Shown here: piece by piece, positions 28,846 to 39,204 of the stretch | Numbering within the stretch: the stretch's first letter is position 1 | Layout of the letters: every line of letters begins with the position of its first letter | DNA from: a virus | Reading direction: 5' to 3' (one strand) | Length of the DNA: 64,000 nucleotides | IMG/VR virus record: IMGVR_UViG_3300033148_007227 | Span: 39,856-103,855 of that record | Notes under the pieces: model-generated | Seen by the model: only the letters and a program-made list of their open reading frames with translations | Told to the model about the DNA's origin: nothing | The model's database searches: none | Made by a program: the position numbers and the translations under genes

Positions 28846-29874
28846 ATGAAGTGTCTTATTTATTCAGATGTTCATCATGGAACATCTATTGGAAAATTGG
28901 GAGATTCAGGTCTTGATCTTAGAATTGAAGACAGCTTGAATGTTGAAAAAGAAATAACAAAGTATTGTATGGATCATGAAATAGAAATTGTTATTTTTGC
29001 TGGAGATAGATTTAAATCGAGAAGTCCTGCTATGTGGTTAGCTAATGTAGTGGATGAGATATGGATGGAGAGACATAAAGTTGGAATTAAGACTTTTTCT
29101 GTGGTGGGTAATCATGATTCTTATAGGATTGTAGGATATGGAACTAACTACAGTAAGCTCTGGAAAGAAATGAGCAATATTGAAATTTTTGACAAATCTA
29201 AAATAATTAATCTTTTGGATAAGAAAATTGGGTTTCTACCTTGGGGATGGGAACTTGAGAGTCTGAAGGATAAAGTTGATCTTTTGATTTTTCATGGGTG
29301 TATTACTGGATATAAAGATGCTAGAGGATACATACCTGATAAGGAAGGTTTTGATCTAAACCTTTTAAAAAAATATTGTAAGTTTTTTGTGGCGGGACAT
29401 ATTCATTCTCGTGAAGAAATTCAAGGAGATGGGGTTTATTTAGGTTCTCCTTATCAGATAGATATATTAGATTCAGGATCAAGGAGAGGGTGGTTAGTTT
29501 TTGATATAGAAGATTTCAGTTATGAGTTTGTAGATAGTAATGCTCCTGAATTGATAATTATGGATAAGGTAAGGAGTATAAGTGATATAGATGAAGAAAA
29601 AATTGAAAGAAATTACGTTTTTTGTAAAGTTAAGAAAGGTCTGGAAAGAGAGTGTTCAAAGAAACTTGAAGATCATGGGGCCAGATGGTATCAGATAACT
29701 ACCGTAAAAGAAAAAGGAATATTCTTGAAAGGTGTATTAGAAGAGACTTATGCAGGTGAGGATGTAAACAAGATGATAAAGGAATATGTAAATTCAAGAA
29801 ATTTAAGTAACAAAAGTGAACTTATAGAAATTGGATTTGAGTTGTGGAAAGAAATAAAAGGAGGAGAAAAATGA
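28846..29874 (+). CDS. sbcD: SbcD/Mre11/gp47-like metallophosphoesterase nuclease
   Basis: SDVH, AGDRF, GNHD, FHG, AGHIH and YLGSP motifs. Confidence 0.88.
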   Translation: MKCLIYSDVHHGTSIGKLGDSGLDLRIEDSLNVEKEITKYCMDHEIEIVIFAGDRFKSRSPAMWLANVVDEIWMERHKVGIKTFSVVGNHDSYRIVGYGTNYSKLWKEMSNIEIFDKSKIINLLDKKIGFLPWGWELESLKDKVDLLIFHGCITGYKDARGYIPDKEGFDLNLLKKYCKFFVAGHIHSREEIQGDGVYLGSPYQIDILDSGSRRGWLVFDIEDFSYEFVDSNAPELIIMDKVRSISDIDEEKIERNYVFCKVKKGLERECSKKLEDHGARWYQITTVKEKGIFLKGVLEETYAGEDVNKMIKEYVNSRNLSNKSELIEIGFELWKEIKGGEK

Positions 29875-30218
29875 ATATTGACGAGAGAAATGAGTTAATA
29901 AAAAATTTTTTTATGACAAGATGTTGGGGTATTCTTGAAAGTAAAGGTAGAGCTTCTACAGGTGGAACTGATGATGGAAATAAGAACTTTAAAGAAGCTC
30001 AACTGGAGGGGAAGTGTGATGATGTGGATGCTTGGTGGATTTATTACATAAAACATGTAATAAGACTTAAAAATTTTGTAACAACCAGAAAAATGATTGG
30101 GGAAAAAATAGAAGAAACTATAGCTGATCTTGTAAATTATCCTTTGATTCTTTATACAATTTTGATAGAAAAGGGTATACTTAAAAATCCTAATGTAAAG
30201 AAAAAATTAAAAAAATAA
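29871..30218 (+). CDS. all-alpha nucleotide-modification-associated (DUF1599/Nmad1-like, MazG superfamily) protein
   Basis: ILESKG...NF...EKIEETIADLVNY pattern; ATG 29871 after AGGAGGAG. Confidence 0.55.
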   Translation: MNIDERNELIKNFFMTRCWGILESKGRASTGGTDDGNKNFKEAQLEGKCDDVDAWWIYYIKHVIRLKNFVTTRKMIGEKIEETIADLVNYPLILYTILIEKGILKNPNVKKKLKK

Positions 30219-30232
30219 AATAGGATAATAGT

Positions 30233-30694
30233 ATGAATTGGGATGATTATTTTTTTGAGATTGTAGATGTGATTTGTAAGAAATCAAAAGACAGATCAGT
30301 TAAAATCGGTGCTGTAATAGTAGGTCCGGATCATGAGATAAGGTCTACTGGGTATAATGGTTTTCCTAGAGGGATTAATGATGATGTTGAGGAAAGACAT
30401 TGTCGTCCTACTAAGTACTTGTGGAGTGAACATGCTGAGAGAAATGCCATCTATAATGCGGCTCGAATGGGAACCTGTTTGAATGATTGTGAGATTTATA
30501 TAAATTGGATTCCTTGTAATGATTGTATGAGAGCTATTATTCAGTCTGGAATCAAAGTTGTAAAAGTTAGGTTAAAGAATCAAGAAGAAATAGGTAAGGG
30601 TTCTATGCTAAACAAAATGGAAATTTATGAAGATACGAAGGTAATGGCTAAAGAAGCTGGAGTGAAAATCTTTATTGAAGGAAAGGAAGAATGA
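30233..30694 (+). CDS. dCMP deaminase
   Basis: MNWDDYF, KIGAVIV, TGYNGFPRG, HAERNAI, PCNDC. Confidence 0.92.
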   Translation: MNWDDYFFEIVDVICKKSKDRSVKIGAVIVGPDHEIRSTGYNGFPRGINDDVEERHCRPTKYLWSEHAERNAIYNAARMGTCLNDCEIYINWIPCNDCMRAIIQSGIKVVKVRLKNQEEIGKGSMLNKMEIYEDTKVMAKEAGVKIFIEGKEE

Positions 30695-30697
30695 AAA

Positions 30698-31441
30698 ATG
30701 GAACTTGTTAGACAGTCTTTTCAGATTGAAAGAATTGGTGGTGGTGTTTTAACTCGTGACTACGGTCAACAGATACTTCAATTTATTGAATCGGCAGGGA
30801 GAACATGTTACAAAAGTGAAGAGAAGAATCCTACACTTAATTGGGAAAAAACTGAAAATTTTGTAAAAAGTATTATGAGAAGAGGACATCTTTCTGTAAT
30901 TGAGCATGTTGGTCTTACTGTGAGATTTATAAGTAATAGAGGAATGACTCATGAGGATGTAAGACACAGATTATGCTCATATTCTCAAGAATCAACTAGA
31001 TATTGCAACTATGGAAATGACCATGTGAAATTTATTATTCCTCCTTGGAGTGAAAACCTGGAACCTGGAGTTTATGAGACATTTGTGAACACTCCACCTA
31101 TTAAACTCAATAGTGAATGGACAGATGAGGAATATCTATGGATGAAAGCTATGGCTAATGCTGAGATTTCTTATCAACAACTTATTATGAGAGGTATGAA
31201 ACCTCAGTTTGCTAGAGGAGTATTACCAATAGACCTTAAAACTGAGATTGTGCATACAGCTAATCTTAGAGAATGGAGGCATATTTTTAATATGAGATGT
31301 GCAAAAACTGCTCATCCTCAAATAAGAGAGTTGATGCTTGGGGTTTTAAGTGAATTTAATCAATGTATTCCTGTGATTTTTGAGGATATAGCTGAGAAGT
31401 TTCTTGAAAATAAAGGTGAGTTAGGGATTCAATCTTTGTAA
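30698..31441 (+). CDS. thyX: FAD-dependent thymidylate synthase
   Basis: AGRTCYKS, GHLSVIEH, RHRLCSYSQESTRY, ANLREWRH, AHPQIR. Confidence 0.93.
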   Translation: MELVRQSFQIERIGGGVLTRDYGQQILQFIESAGRTCYKSEEKNPTLNWEKTENFVKSIMRRGHLSVIEHVGLTVRFISNRGMTHEDVRHRLCSYSQESTRYCNYGNDHVKFIIPPWSENLEPGVYETFVNTPPIKLNSEWTDEEYLWMKAMANAEISYQQLIMRGMKPQFARGVLPIDLKTEIVHTANLREWRHIFNMRCAKTAHPQIRELMLGVLSEFNQCIPVIFEDIAEKFLENKGELGIQSL

Positions 31442-31447
31442 TTTTGA

Positions 31448-31666
31448 TTGAGGGGGATATTAGATATGGGGTTTAGAAAATGTAAAGATGAATACCCTGG
31501 TTATCATTCTGTCAATAGTGAATACTACTGGATAGCAGAATGTGATATCTGTGGTGAAGTATTTGAAGATCATGACATAGATTTGGATGATTTGAGACAT
31601 GCTCTTGAATGTGCTAATTGGTTTTATAGTGGGTTTGATGTTTGGTGTAATAATTGTAAACGATAA
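31448..31666 (+). CDS. small zinc-ribbon protein
   Basis: CDICG...WCNNC. Confidence 0.55.
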   Translation: MRGILDMGFRKCKDEYPGYHSVNSEYYWIAECDICGEVFEDHDIDLDDLRHALECANWFYSGFDVWCNNCKR

Positions 31667-31671
31667 GAAAA

Positions 31672-33765
31672 ATGATAAAACTTAAAAATATAAATTGGTC
31701 AGGAATCTACGGATTTGGAAAAGATAATTATAATTATAACTTTGAAGAAGGTTTTCATTTAATAACAGGAAGGAATGGATCGGGAAAATCTTCTTTTTTG
31801 AATCTTATAACTTTGGCTTTGTTTGATAAATCTCCTACAATTGGAAAGAATCAGGCTATTAATGAATCATTGAACAAAGGGTATATAAATTTGTTTTTTT
31901 ATATTGGAGAAAATCAGTATAATGTGATTTATAGGAGAGAAAGTGGAAAACTTGAATGGGTTCTAAAGAGAAATGATAAAACAGTAGTTACAGGTAAGGA
32001 AACAGGTTCTTATCTCAGTGATCTTTTAGGATTCAACTATGAACAGTTTGTGAACTCTTTTTATCTGACTCAGATGAGCTTAGATACCTTGACTCTGCTT
32101 TACGGAACCTCCTCAGATCGCTTGAGAATACTTTCCAAGGTGTTTGGGGTCAATCAAATCATAGAGGCTTCTGAGAGGTCTAGAGAGAAGAAGAAGGACA
32201 AGAAACAGATTGTCCAAGACCTTGAGAAAGAGCAGATGGAGAATAAAGGGAAACTATCAGGATATAGTGGGTTGGAGGATGAAATAAAAGATTTGACAAA
32301 GAGAAAGAAAGATACTATAATGAATCGTGACTCTCTTTTGGTGAAAGTTGCGGATAAGTTTAAAATTGAGGAACAGGTGCAGAGTAAAGAAAACGAGATA
32401 AGAAAGATTAGAGATGATAGAGACAAGTATAAGGAAAGAATAGGAGAACTTAAAATAGATCAAAATAAGATTGAAGATTTGATACTTAAAGATTTGAGTA
32501 TTCTTGAGAAGTTTAAAGAGAGAGAAGAAAAAAGCGAAGAGATAACTTCTCTTGAAAAAGAGATTACTGATCTAAAGAAATTGATAGATAGACTTGATAT
32601 TGAAAGTAAAGAGCTTGCAGGTAAGTACAGTTATTATTGGAGTAGGATGGAAGAATTACAAGGTATTATTCATGATGTTGATAAGGTTAAAGAGGGGGTT
32701 TGTGATAGGTGTGGGAGTTTTGTGACCGGAGAAGACCTTGAGAAATACAGAGAAAAATTAAGAAGTGAGTTTGATAAAAATGAAAAAGAAGGTGCAAAAA
32801 TTAACAAAAGGAAAGATGAAATAAAAGAAAAATTAAAGGAAGAAAAAGATGACCTGGAGACTAAGGAATCAAAACTTAAAAAAATAAATATCAAATTCAA
32901 TGAATTAGAGGGAATAACTGAGGTTGAAGTTGTGAATCATGTTGAAAAATTGAAGAATGATAAACAGAGTGTATTATCAGAGATAAAAGTCTTGGAAAGT
33001 AAAGTTTCTGAACTTTCAGCTAAACTTCAAAAATTGGAGGATGATATTGTTGAAGAAAGAGAAAAGCTTAAAGATATATCAAAGATAGAAAATGAAGCTT
33101 CAGCTTTAGAATCTCAATTGAAGTCTTTGGATGAGAGAATAAAGAGTAATCAAAAGAAAGTAGAAAAGAAAAAAGAACTTGAAGAATCAGTTAAAAAGTT
33201 AAACAGGAAAATTGAAAAAACAAAGAAACAGGTAGAAGGGTATAACTTTTGGATCGAAGGGTTTAAGGAGATATCAATTTTGAAATTGAGGATGATGATA
33301 GAGGGAGTCAATGATAAGATGGAAAATATCTTGTCTCCTTTTGGGTTGAGATGTTGGCTTGATGTTCTTGAGGAGAAGAAAGGGTCTAAGACTCATGGTA
33401 GTTTGGATGACTTCAAGCGTAAGATCAATCTCTTTGTAGAGGGTGGTGGTAAAAGCAAAACTCCGATTGAAGCATACTCAGGAGGAGAGAAACAATTAGT
33501 AGCTTTGGCTCTTATTCTTGCTATGGGGGAGACTCTTCAAAACATAAACTTTCTTGCTTTTGATGAGGTCTTTAGCATGGTAGATGAATCCAATAGAAAT
33601 CTAATTATGAATCTCTTAGAGAATGAGAAGAATGAAGGGATTCTTAAAGGAAAGTCAATTTTTATGGTCACACACGATTCTGAAATCAAGTCAGGTTTAG
33701 ACTGGAATCAAATTATAACTATGGAGAAGAAGGATGGGTGTTCAAAAATTGAAATACAAAATTAG
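31672..33765 (+). CDS. sbcC: SbcC/Rad50/gp46-like SMC ATPase
   Basis: Walker A GRNGSGKS, coiled coils, zinc hook CDRCG, signature YSGGEKQ, Walker B LAFDE, VTH. Confidence 0.92.
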   Translation: MIKLKNINWSGIYGFGKDNYNYNFEEGFHLITGRNGSGKSSFLNLITLALFDKSPTIGKNQAINESLNKGYINLFFYIGENQYNVIYRRESGKLEWVLKRNDKTVVTGKETGSYLSDLLGFNYEQFVNSFYLTQMSLDTLTLLYGTSSDRLRILSKVFGVNQIIEASERSREKKKDKKQIVQDLEKEQMENKGKLSGYSGLEDEIKDLTKRKKDTIMNRDSLLVKVADKFKIEEQVQSKENEIRKIRDDRDKYKERIGELKIDQNKIEDLILKDLSILEKFKEREEKSEEITSLEKEITDLKKLIDRLDIESKELAGKYSYYWSRMEELQGIIHDVDKVKEGVCDRCGSFVTGEDLEKYREKLRSEFDKNEKEGAKINKRKDEIKEKLKEEKDDLETKESKLKKINIKFNELEGITEVEVVNHVEKLKNDKQSVLSEIKVLESKVSELSAKLQKLEDDIVEEREKLKDISKIENEASALESQLKSLDERIKSNQKKVEKKKELEESVKKLNRKIEKTKKQVEGYNFWIEGFKEISILKLRMMIEGVNDKMENILSPFGLRCWLDVLEEKKGSKTHGSLDDFKRKINLFVEGGGKSKTPIEAYSGGEKQLVALALILAMGETLQNINFLAFDEVFSMVDESNRNLIMNLLENEKNEGILKGKSIFMVTHDSEIKSGLDWNQIITMEKKDGCSKIEIQN

Positions 33766-33839
33766 AAAAGGAAAATAAAAAATTAACTGATGAAGAAATA
33801 AATTTAAGAAAGAAAGTAAAGAGAAATGGGAATGTTGTG

Positions 33840-34052
33840 ATGGATAAGGAGTGTGTTAAAACAATTAATCAGGAACGAGAAGAAAGATATCAAGAGATTG
33901 TCGAAGCTGTTTTAGAGATGGAACGAGAAAGAATAGATCGTTCTGAAGCAACTGGGGCTCAGGTAGCACCAGATATGTTACAGTATCAATACGTTGTTAA
34001 GCTTTGTAGAGAAGTAAAAAAGAAGATTTGCAATGGAAAAAATAAATATTGA
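33840..34052 (+). CDS. hypothetical protein
   Basis: About 70-aa ORF. Confidence 0.4.
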   Translation: MDKECVKTINQEREERYQEIVEAVLEMERERIDRSEATGAQVAPDMLQYQYVVKLCREVKKKICNGKNKY

Positions 34053-34155
34053 AGAAATAGAAGTTGCTTGAAGATAATTAAGCATCATCTATTCTTTGAT
34101 TGTGTGGGTTTGAGTACTACTCCTGTAAGTTTATTAAAAGTTGGAGGTAAATATA

Positions 34156-34683
34156 ATGAAAAAGAGTAAGAGTATAAAAGATGTAGATGAAAAAGAATTG
34201 ATAAAAGATTTAAAGAGATTAAATACTGTACAAATGAGTGATAAATATGATTTATCTAGTAGCAATATAAATAATCTCAGAGCAAAATATAATATCAAGG
34301 ATTATCCTAGAATGAGAAAGAAAAAAGAAAATATACCTTCTGTAGATAAATTGGAGAATAAAACTTTACAAGAAGTGATGAAGGAGTACGGAGTTTGCCG
34401 GTCTACTGCTTCTCGTTGGTTTAGAGAGAGAGGTATTCCTTGGAGGTTGAGTGAAAAAAATAAATATTTGAAATATGAAATTTTGAAACTAAAAAAACAA
34501 AATAGACTTTTAAGAATAGCCGCTGTTTTTCCTTTTATGACTAACGCACAGATAGCTAGAGCTTATGGATATAGCAGAGAAAGAATCAGACAATTTAGAA
34601 ATGAATTAGGTATTCCTTATGTGAGTTTAAAAGATATTGATTATGATATTGGTGAAGAAAAGAAGAATGAAAAAGAAAACTAA
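34156..34683 (+). CDS. multi-HTH DNA-binding regulator (last HTH resembles sigma70 region 4)
   Basis: Three HTH-like segments incl. TLQEVMKEYGVCRSTASRW and TNAQIARAYGYSRERIRQ; GGAGG RBS before ATG 34156. Confidence 0.65.
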   Translation: MKKSKSIKDVDEKELIKDLKRLNTVQMSDKYDLSSSNINNLRAKYNIKDYPRMRKKKENIPSVDKLENKTLQEVMKEYGVCRSTASRWFRERGIPWRLSEKNKYLKYEILKLKKQNRLLRIAAVFPFMTNAQIARAYGYSRERIRQFRNELGIPYVSLKDIDYDIGEEKKNEKEN

Positions 34684-35087
34684 TGTATGGGAGGGATACC
34701 AGAATGGTTAATACTAAAGAATATAGAAAATTACAAGATGAATGTTATAGAATAGCTTGTGATAATGGATTTCATGATAATGATCCTTTATCAGAGGAAG
34801 CGTTTAAAGGACGGAAAAGGATGTCTTGTCCTAATTGTGAACATAGATTTGATGTTGATATAGACATAGTTCCAAGATGGTTAATGCTCATGGTTACTGA
34901 GATTGCAGAAGCTATGGAAGCTTACAGACATCAGGATTTTGAGAACTTCAAAGAAGAGCTATCTGATACAATTATCAGGATTATGGATACTTGTGAAGCA
35001 ATGGATATTGATCTTTTAGACGTCATCCTAAAAAAGTGTGAGAAAAATAGAAAGCGTGGGTATAAACACGGAGGGAAGAAATGCTGA
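34683..35087 (+). CDS. MazG-like NTP pyrophosphohydrolase with CxxC insertion
   Basis: LMVTEIAEAMEA...EELSDTIIRIMD...KNRKRGYKHG; CPNC insert. Confidence 0.8.
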   Translation: MYGRDTRMVNTKEYRKLQDECYRIACDNGFHDNDPLSEEAFKGRKRMSCPNCEHRFDVDIDIVPRWLMLMVTEIAEAMEAYRHQDFENFKEELSDTIIRIMDTCEAMDIDLLDVILKKCEKNRKRGYKHGGKKC

Positions 35088-35191
35088 GGAAAGAAATAAT
35101 GGTTCAAGATGTGGTAGACATACTCAATAGAATGTTGAAAAAAGACCTTATAGCAGTTGTAGATTAATGATATAGAGGAGGAGATGAATTT

Positions 35192-35704
35192 ATGATTATT
35201 GTAGGAATAGATTTGTCTATTAATAACATAGGACTAGTTAAATGGGAAGATGGGTTATGGGAGTTTAGGTTAATATCTAAAGTAGGATATGCTGATGTAA
35301 AGTTGAAAGAAACAGAGAAGTTTAAAAGATTTAGAGAAGTAAGAGATCATATCTATTCTTTTGTGAAAATGTGGAATCCAGACCTGATTCTATTTGAGGG
35401 GTTGTCTTTTGGATCAAAAGGGAATGCACTTTTTGAATTAGGTATGATTAATGGAATTGTTTTAAATTTTTTACAAGAGGTGGGTTATAATATAGATGTA
35501 ATACCTCCAAGTAAAGTAAAGAAGAATATAACGGGAAAAGGTAATTCTTCTAAGTTGGAAGTGGCTTTATCTGTATCTAAAAAGATAAAGCTGGATTCTG
35601 ATTTGTCATCAATTTATCGTAAAGAGTGTGAACACATCTATGATGCAATCTCAATAATTTATAGTTATTTAAAGGAAAACAGTTTGTTAAATGAAACTTC
35701 TTGA
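35192..35704 (+). CDS. ruvC: RuvC-like Holliday junction resolvase
   Basis: IVGIDLS, ILFEG, PPSKVKKNITGKGNSSK, HIYDA. Confidence 0.85.
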   Translation: MIIVGIDLSINNIGLVKWEDGLWEFRLISKVGYADVKLKETEKFKRFREVRDHIYSFVKMWNPDLILFEGLSFGSKGNALFELGMINGIVLNFLQEVGYNIDVIPPSKVKKNITGKGNSSKLEVALSVSKKIKLDSDLSSIYRKECEHIYDAISIIYSYLKENSLLNETS

Positions 35705-37469
35705 CGTATCTGAAAAAGATTGTGGTATGAAGAACTCTCTTAATTTTGAAGTTATAGATTCTCACATTATGGTAAAAGGTTTATCTCTTGATGAGATAGA
35801 TTGTTTAGGTGAGTTGTGTTCTATGAAGGTGATTGGAACTACTGTATCTGTAGCTTGGTATAATCTTACAGAGCTTTTTAATAAGTTAAAAGATATAGGT
35901 TATCATACTGCTGATATTGCTGACTATTATTCTGAAAATTTTATAAATATTATAATGGAGAGAGAGAAAAATATAGATAGATTGAAGAATGATAATTCAA
36001 GTTTCTCATTGAAAAATGTCTCGTTTTTCAACGGGGAACTTTATGAAGTGCAGAAAAGAGGAGTTTTATCTCTTCTTATGAATAGAGTTTGGGGATTATG
36101 GTTTGAGATGGGAATGGGAAAGACAGTTCAAGTTATTTATGCTTATAAAATGCTTCTGGATCATATAGAAAATTGTAGATGCCTGGTGATATCACCAAAT
36201 ACTGTAACCTATGAATGGAAATTAATGTTTGAAAAATTTATAAATGAAGAAGCTCATGAAGTAACTAAAGATTCATATTTGGATGATAAAAAAATTGTAA
36301 TTGTAAACTATGAAAAATTGATTGATAGAAAAGTACCTAAAAAGGATGAAGTGATCGAAAGTGAAGTAATGAAGAAGCTCTCAAAACAAAAGTTTGATGT
36401 AATTGTAATTGATGAGAGTCATTTTATAAAAAATATATCTAGTAAAAGAACAAGAGCAGTTATAAAGTTAATAAGAGGAAAGTTAAGAAACTACAAAAGT
36501 TTCAATATTGGAAAAGTAAGTAGCAAATCTATATATAGTTCAGGGAAATTTCCTCACATTTGGTTTTTAAGTGGTACTCCTATGGAGGAAGTTCTGGATA
36601 TTTATGTTTTTTTACGAAGAGCTTTTGGAGTAAATTTTATAAAGTATAGTGATTTTAAGGAATATTTTTTAGAATGGAAAGAAATTTATATAAAGAATGG
36701 AAGGAAACTGAGAGTTCCTGATTGTGTAAAAAATGAAGAAGAGCTATCTAGGTTATTAAATAAGACAAGTATTAGAAAAGATAGATCAAGTATAAGAGAG
36801 ATAAAAAGTGTTGATAAAGTTATTCATATAAATATGTCAGATGATATGCTTAGAGAATATAATAAAATAATAAACAACGAAGATGATACTATTCTTGAAA
36901 GAATTATAAATGGGATAATGTTTTGTAATAATCCTAGTTTAGTAGGAATAGATAAACTAGCATCAGAAAAATACAACGCTTTAGTTGATATTATAAATGG
37001 GACCAAAGAAAAAATTTTAGTCTGGACTATATTTAGAGATTCAGCAGATATGCTTAAGTCAAGTTTAGATAAGGAAAAAATAAAATCGGTTGTGTTTAAA
37101 GGAGGAAGTGATGACAAAGAGGTGAGAAGAAAGTTTGAAGGTGACTATAAAGTGTTGATTTCTACTTTAGCCAAAGGATCAATAGGGGTTAACTTTATGA
37201 AGGAAGCTGGTACAGTTGTTTATTTAGATAGACCATTTAGCTATGCTCAATGGATACAGTCTAAAGATAGAGTTATGAGAGTTGACAGGGTTAATACTAA
37301 ACCCGTTTTGTTTATTGATCTCAAGATGAAAATTGAAGGTACTTCAGTTGAAGAAATGGTTGATGAGGTTATAGAAAGAAAAATCAATCTAAATCAGTTA
37401 ATCAAAGAACAGGGTAATCTTCTTCTTCAAAAGAAAAATAAAACTTTAGGAAACAATGAAAAAAAATGA
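35691..37469 (+). CDS. SNF2-family (DEAH) helicase
   Basis: EMGMGKT, IVNYE, VIDESH, LSGTP, QSKDRVMR. Confidence 0.88.
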   Translation: MKLLDVSEKDCGMKNSLNFEVIDSHIMVKGLSLDEIDCLGELCSMKVIGTTVSVAWYNLTELFNKLKDIGYHTADIADYYSENFINIIMEREKNIDRLKNDNSSFSLKNVSFFNGELYEVQKRGVLSLLMNRVWGLWFEMGMGKTVQVIYAYKMLLDHIENCRCLVISPNTVTYEWKLMFEKFINEEAHEVTKDSYLDDKKIVIVNYEKLIDRKVPKKDEVIESEVMKKLSKQKFDVIVIDESHFIKNISSKRTRAVIKLIRGKLRNYKSFNIGKVSSKSIYSSGKFPHIWFLSGTPMEEVLDIYVFLRRAFGVNFIKYSDFKEYFLEWKEIYIKNGRKLRVPDCVKNEEELSRLLNKTSIRKDRSSIREIKSVDKVIHINMSDDMLREYNKIINNEDDTILERIINGIMFCNNPSLVGIDKLASEKYNALVDIINGTKEKILVWTIFRDSADMLKSSLDKEKIKSVVFKGGSDDKEVRRKFEGDYKVLISTLAKGSIGVNFMKEAGTVVYLDRPFSYAQWIQSKDRVMRVDRVNTKPVLFIDLKMKIEGTSVEEMVDEVIERKINLNQLIKEQGNLLLQKKNKTLGNNEKK

Positions 37470-37501
37470 AGTATGGTTTTCTCTTGAAAAAACAGTGGGT
37501 T

Positions 37502-37810
37502 GCGAGCGTAGCTCGCTATGATTTCTTCTTCTTAGAAGAAATCATGGAATTTAAAAAAAGTATAATATACATACAGAAATTAATATATATTATAAATTTA
37601 ATATATAAATATAATATTATATATACCTGGATATCTGGATATTCGTATATAGCAATGGGAAATTGTTAGTAAAGTTTTGGAGATTAAAAATGATAAAAAC
37701 TACATCAAAAATTAAAAAATCTCTTAAACTACAAAAACAAAGTTTGTCTTTAGAAAAAATTAGTTTGTCACTTCAAAAAGATAGTTTAAAAAAATTGAGT
37801 TTAAAAAACG
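37502..37810. other. candidate replication origin
   Basis: GCGAGC-GTA-GCTCGC hairpin 37502-37516; very AT-rich tract about 37551-37625; CTGGATAT x2 at 37627-37642; AGTTT repeats at 37741/37762/37783/37798; upstream of loader, primase and helicase genes. Confidence 0.4.
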
Positions 37811-38388
37811 AAAAAACGGAAAGTAAAAATGATAAAAAATCAACAGTAAAAAATAAAACCAGGGAGTTGAATAAAAGTAGAATGAAGAAAGAAATGAAAG
37901 TTCATAAAAAAAAGATTCAAAAATCTAGTTCTGCTAAGGTTAGAAAAGTTGAAAGAGCTTGGGTGGAATTGTTTGAAAAGTGTTATGATTCCAAGTATAG
38001 AATTTCAGTTCAGGAAAGCAGTATGCTAAAAAAACTGGTTCAGATTACTCCAGAGGAAGATTTATATTCAACAATGATTTCAATATTTTGGGTTTATTTG
38101 AATGATGAATGGTTTCAAGAAAAGGAACTAGTGCCTTCGTTGACTGATTTTGTGAAGAAATTTGATAAATATAAATCTCGTGGTGCAAGAATCAAAAAAT
38201 ACATATCTTTGAATGGGGATAGGAAACGTTGGTGGATTATCAATGAAGCTAAGATACCAGAAGAGGAATTGAAAAATGAGAAGTTTAAAGATGTTTTGAA
38301 GGTTAGTAAAGAGAAAAAATATGTTGTAGTTTACAGAGTCAATGATGGTGTGGTTGCAAAAGAGTCAATTGGGAGAAGTTATGATTAG
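37690..38388 (+). CDS. basic hypothetical protein, possible replication initiator
   Basis: K/S-rich N-terminus and helical C domain; precedes a DnaC-like gene; start uncertain (37663 or 37690). Confidence 0.45.
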   Translation: MIKTTSKIKKSLKLQKQSLSLEKISLSLQKDSLKKLSLKNEKTESKNDKKSTVKNKTRELNKSRMKKEMKVHKKKIQKSSSAKVRKVERAWVELFEKCYDSKYRISVQESSMLKKLVQITPEEDLYSTMISIFWVYLNDEWFQEKELVPSLTDFVKKFDKYKSRGARIKKYISLNGDRKRWWIINEAKIPEEELKNEKFKDVLKVSKEKKYVVVYRVNDGVVAKESIGRSYD

Positions 38389-38986
38389 AGATTTGGAAAA
38401 GACTGTAATTGGAAATTGTAATCTTTGTCAAGGAAAAGGTTTTGTAGATGATATTGAGTGTTCTTGCGTGAATAAATATAGAATTTTGTTATCTTTGAAA
38501 AATGGAGGTTTTTCAAGAGAATTTCTTATGATGGCTCTTGAAGGAAATTTAGATAATGTTGTTGAAATCATTGAGGGGAAAGAATACTGGGACTGGGCTT
38601 TAGATAACTGGGAAGAGTTCATTGAAAAGGGTTTAGGGATAGTTTTATGTGGAGATGATCTTGATTTGGTGTCTAGTTTTTTGATATATTGCTTCTTGAA
38701 GAAAGACTTTAGAATAACATGTTGTAATCTAACGAGTTATAATTCTGATGAAGAATTTTTTGATTTGATGGTGATTGAATATAATGCAGAAGAAAGTGTA
38801 TACAAGCATCTGGAAAAGAGAAAGAAAAAAATCTTATCCTCGATTTTACTTCTGGAAGACTATTCAATTCTGAAAAAAGATTTGAATTTGTCTGAAATTT
38901 TAGATTTTGATGGAAATAAACTAACAGGGATTTTTAGAAAAATAAAAGGTAAAGGCAAAAAGGAAAGAACAGGATGGAGAATTTGA
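38381..38986 (+). CDS. degenerate DnaC/DnaI-like helicase loader
   Basis: CNLCQGKGF..ECSC zinc motif; KGLGIVLCG where the P-loop would be, but no GKT. Confidence 0.5.
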   Translation: MIRDLEKTVIGNCNLCQGKGFVDDIECSCVNKYRILLSLKNGGFSREFLMMALEGNLDNVVEIIEGKEYWDWALDNWEEFIEKGLGIVLCGDDLDLVSSFLIYCFLKKDFRITCCNLTSYNSDEEFFDLMVIEYNAEESVYKHLEKRKKKILSSILLLEDYSILKKDLNLSEILDFDGNKLTGIFRKIKGKGKKERTGWRI

Positions 38987-39204
38987 TTACTCTTTTTGGT
39001 GAGAGTAAGTTTGATGAGACACCTCTTTCAGATGAAGATTTGGATAAGATTGAGTGTATGGTTAGGTCTGGAGAATTAGTACTTGTATTTAGAGGTGAGT
39101 ATGTTACAGGTCTTATAAGATTGATAAATGAATGTCGTAGGTTGAATAATTTGAGGAAAGATGATGCGTTCGTGGAGTCAATATCGAGAAGTTCTAAAGA
39201 ATAA
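38974..39204 (+). CDS. hypothetical protein
   Basis: 76-aa ORF overlapping both neighbours. Confidence 0.5.
   Translation: MENLITLFGESKFDETPLSDEDLDKIECMVRSGELVLVFRGEYVTGLIRLINECRRLNNLRKDDAFVESISRSSKE

Noticed and set aside
37466-37669. 67-aa ORF from the track
   Set aside because: It runs through the near-pure AT tract, giving an I/Y/N low-complexity product; more likely non-coding origin-like DNA.
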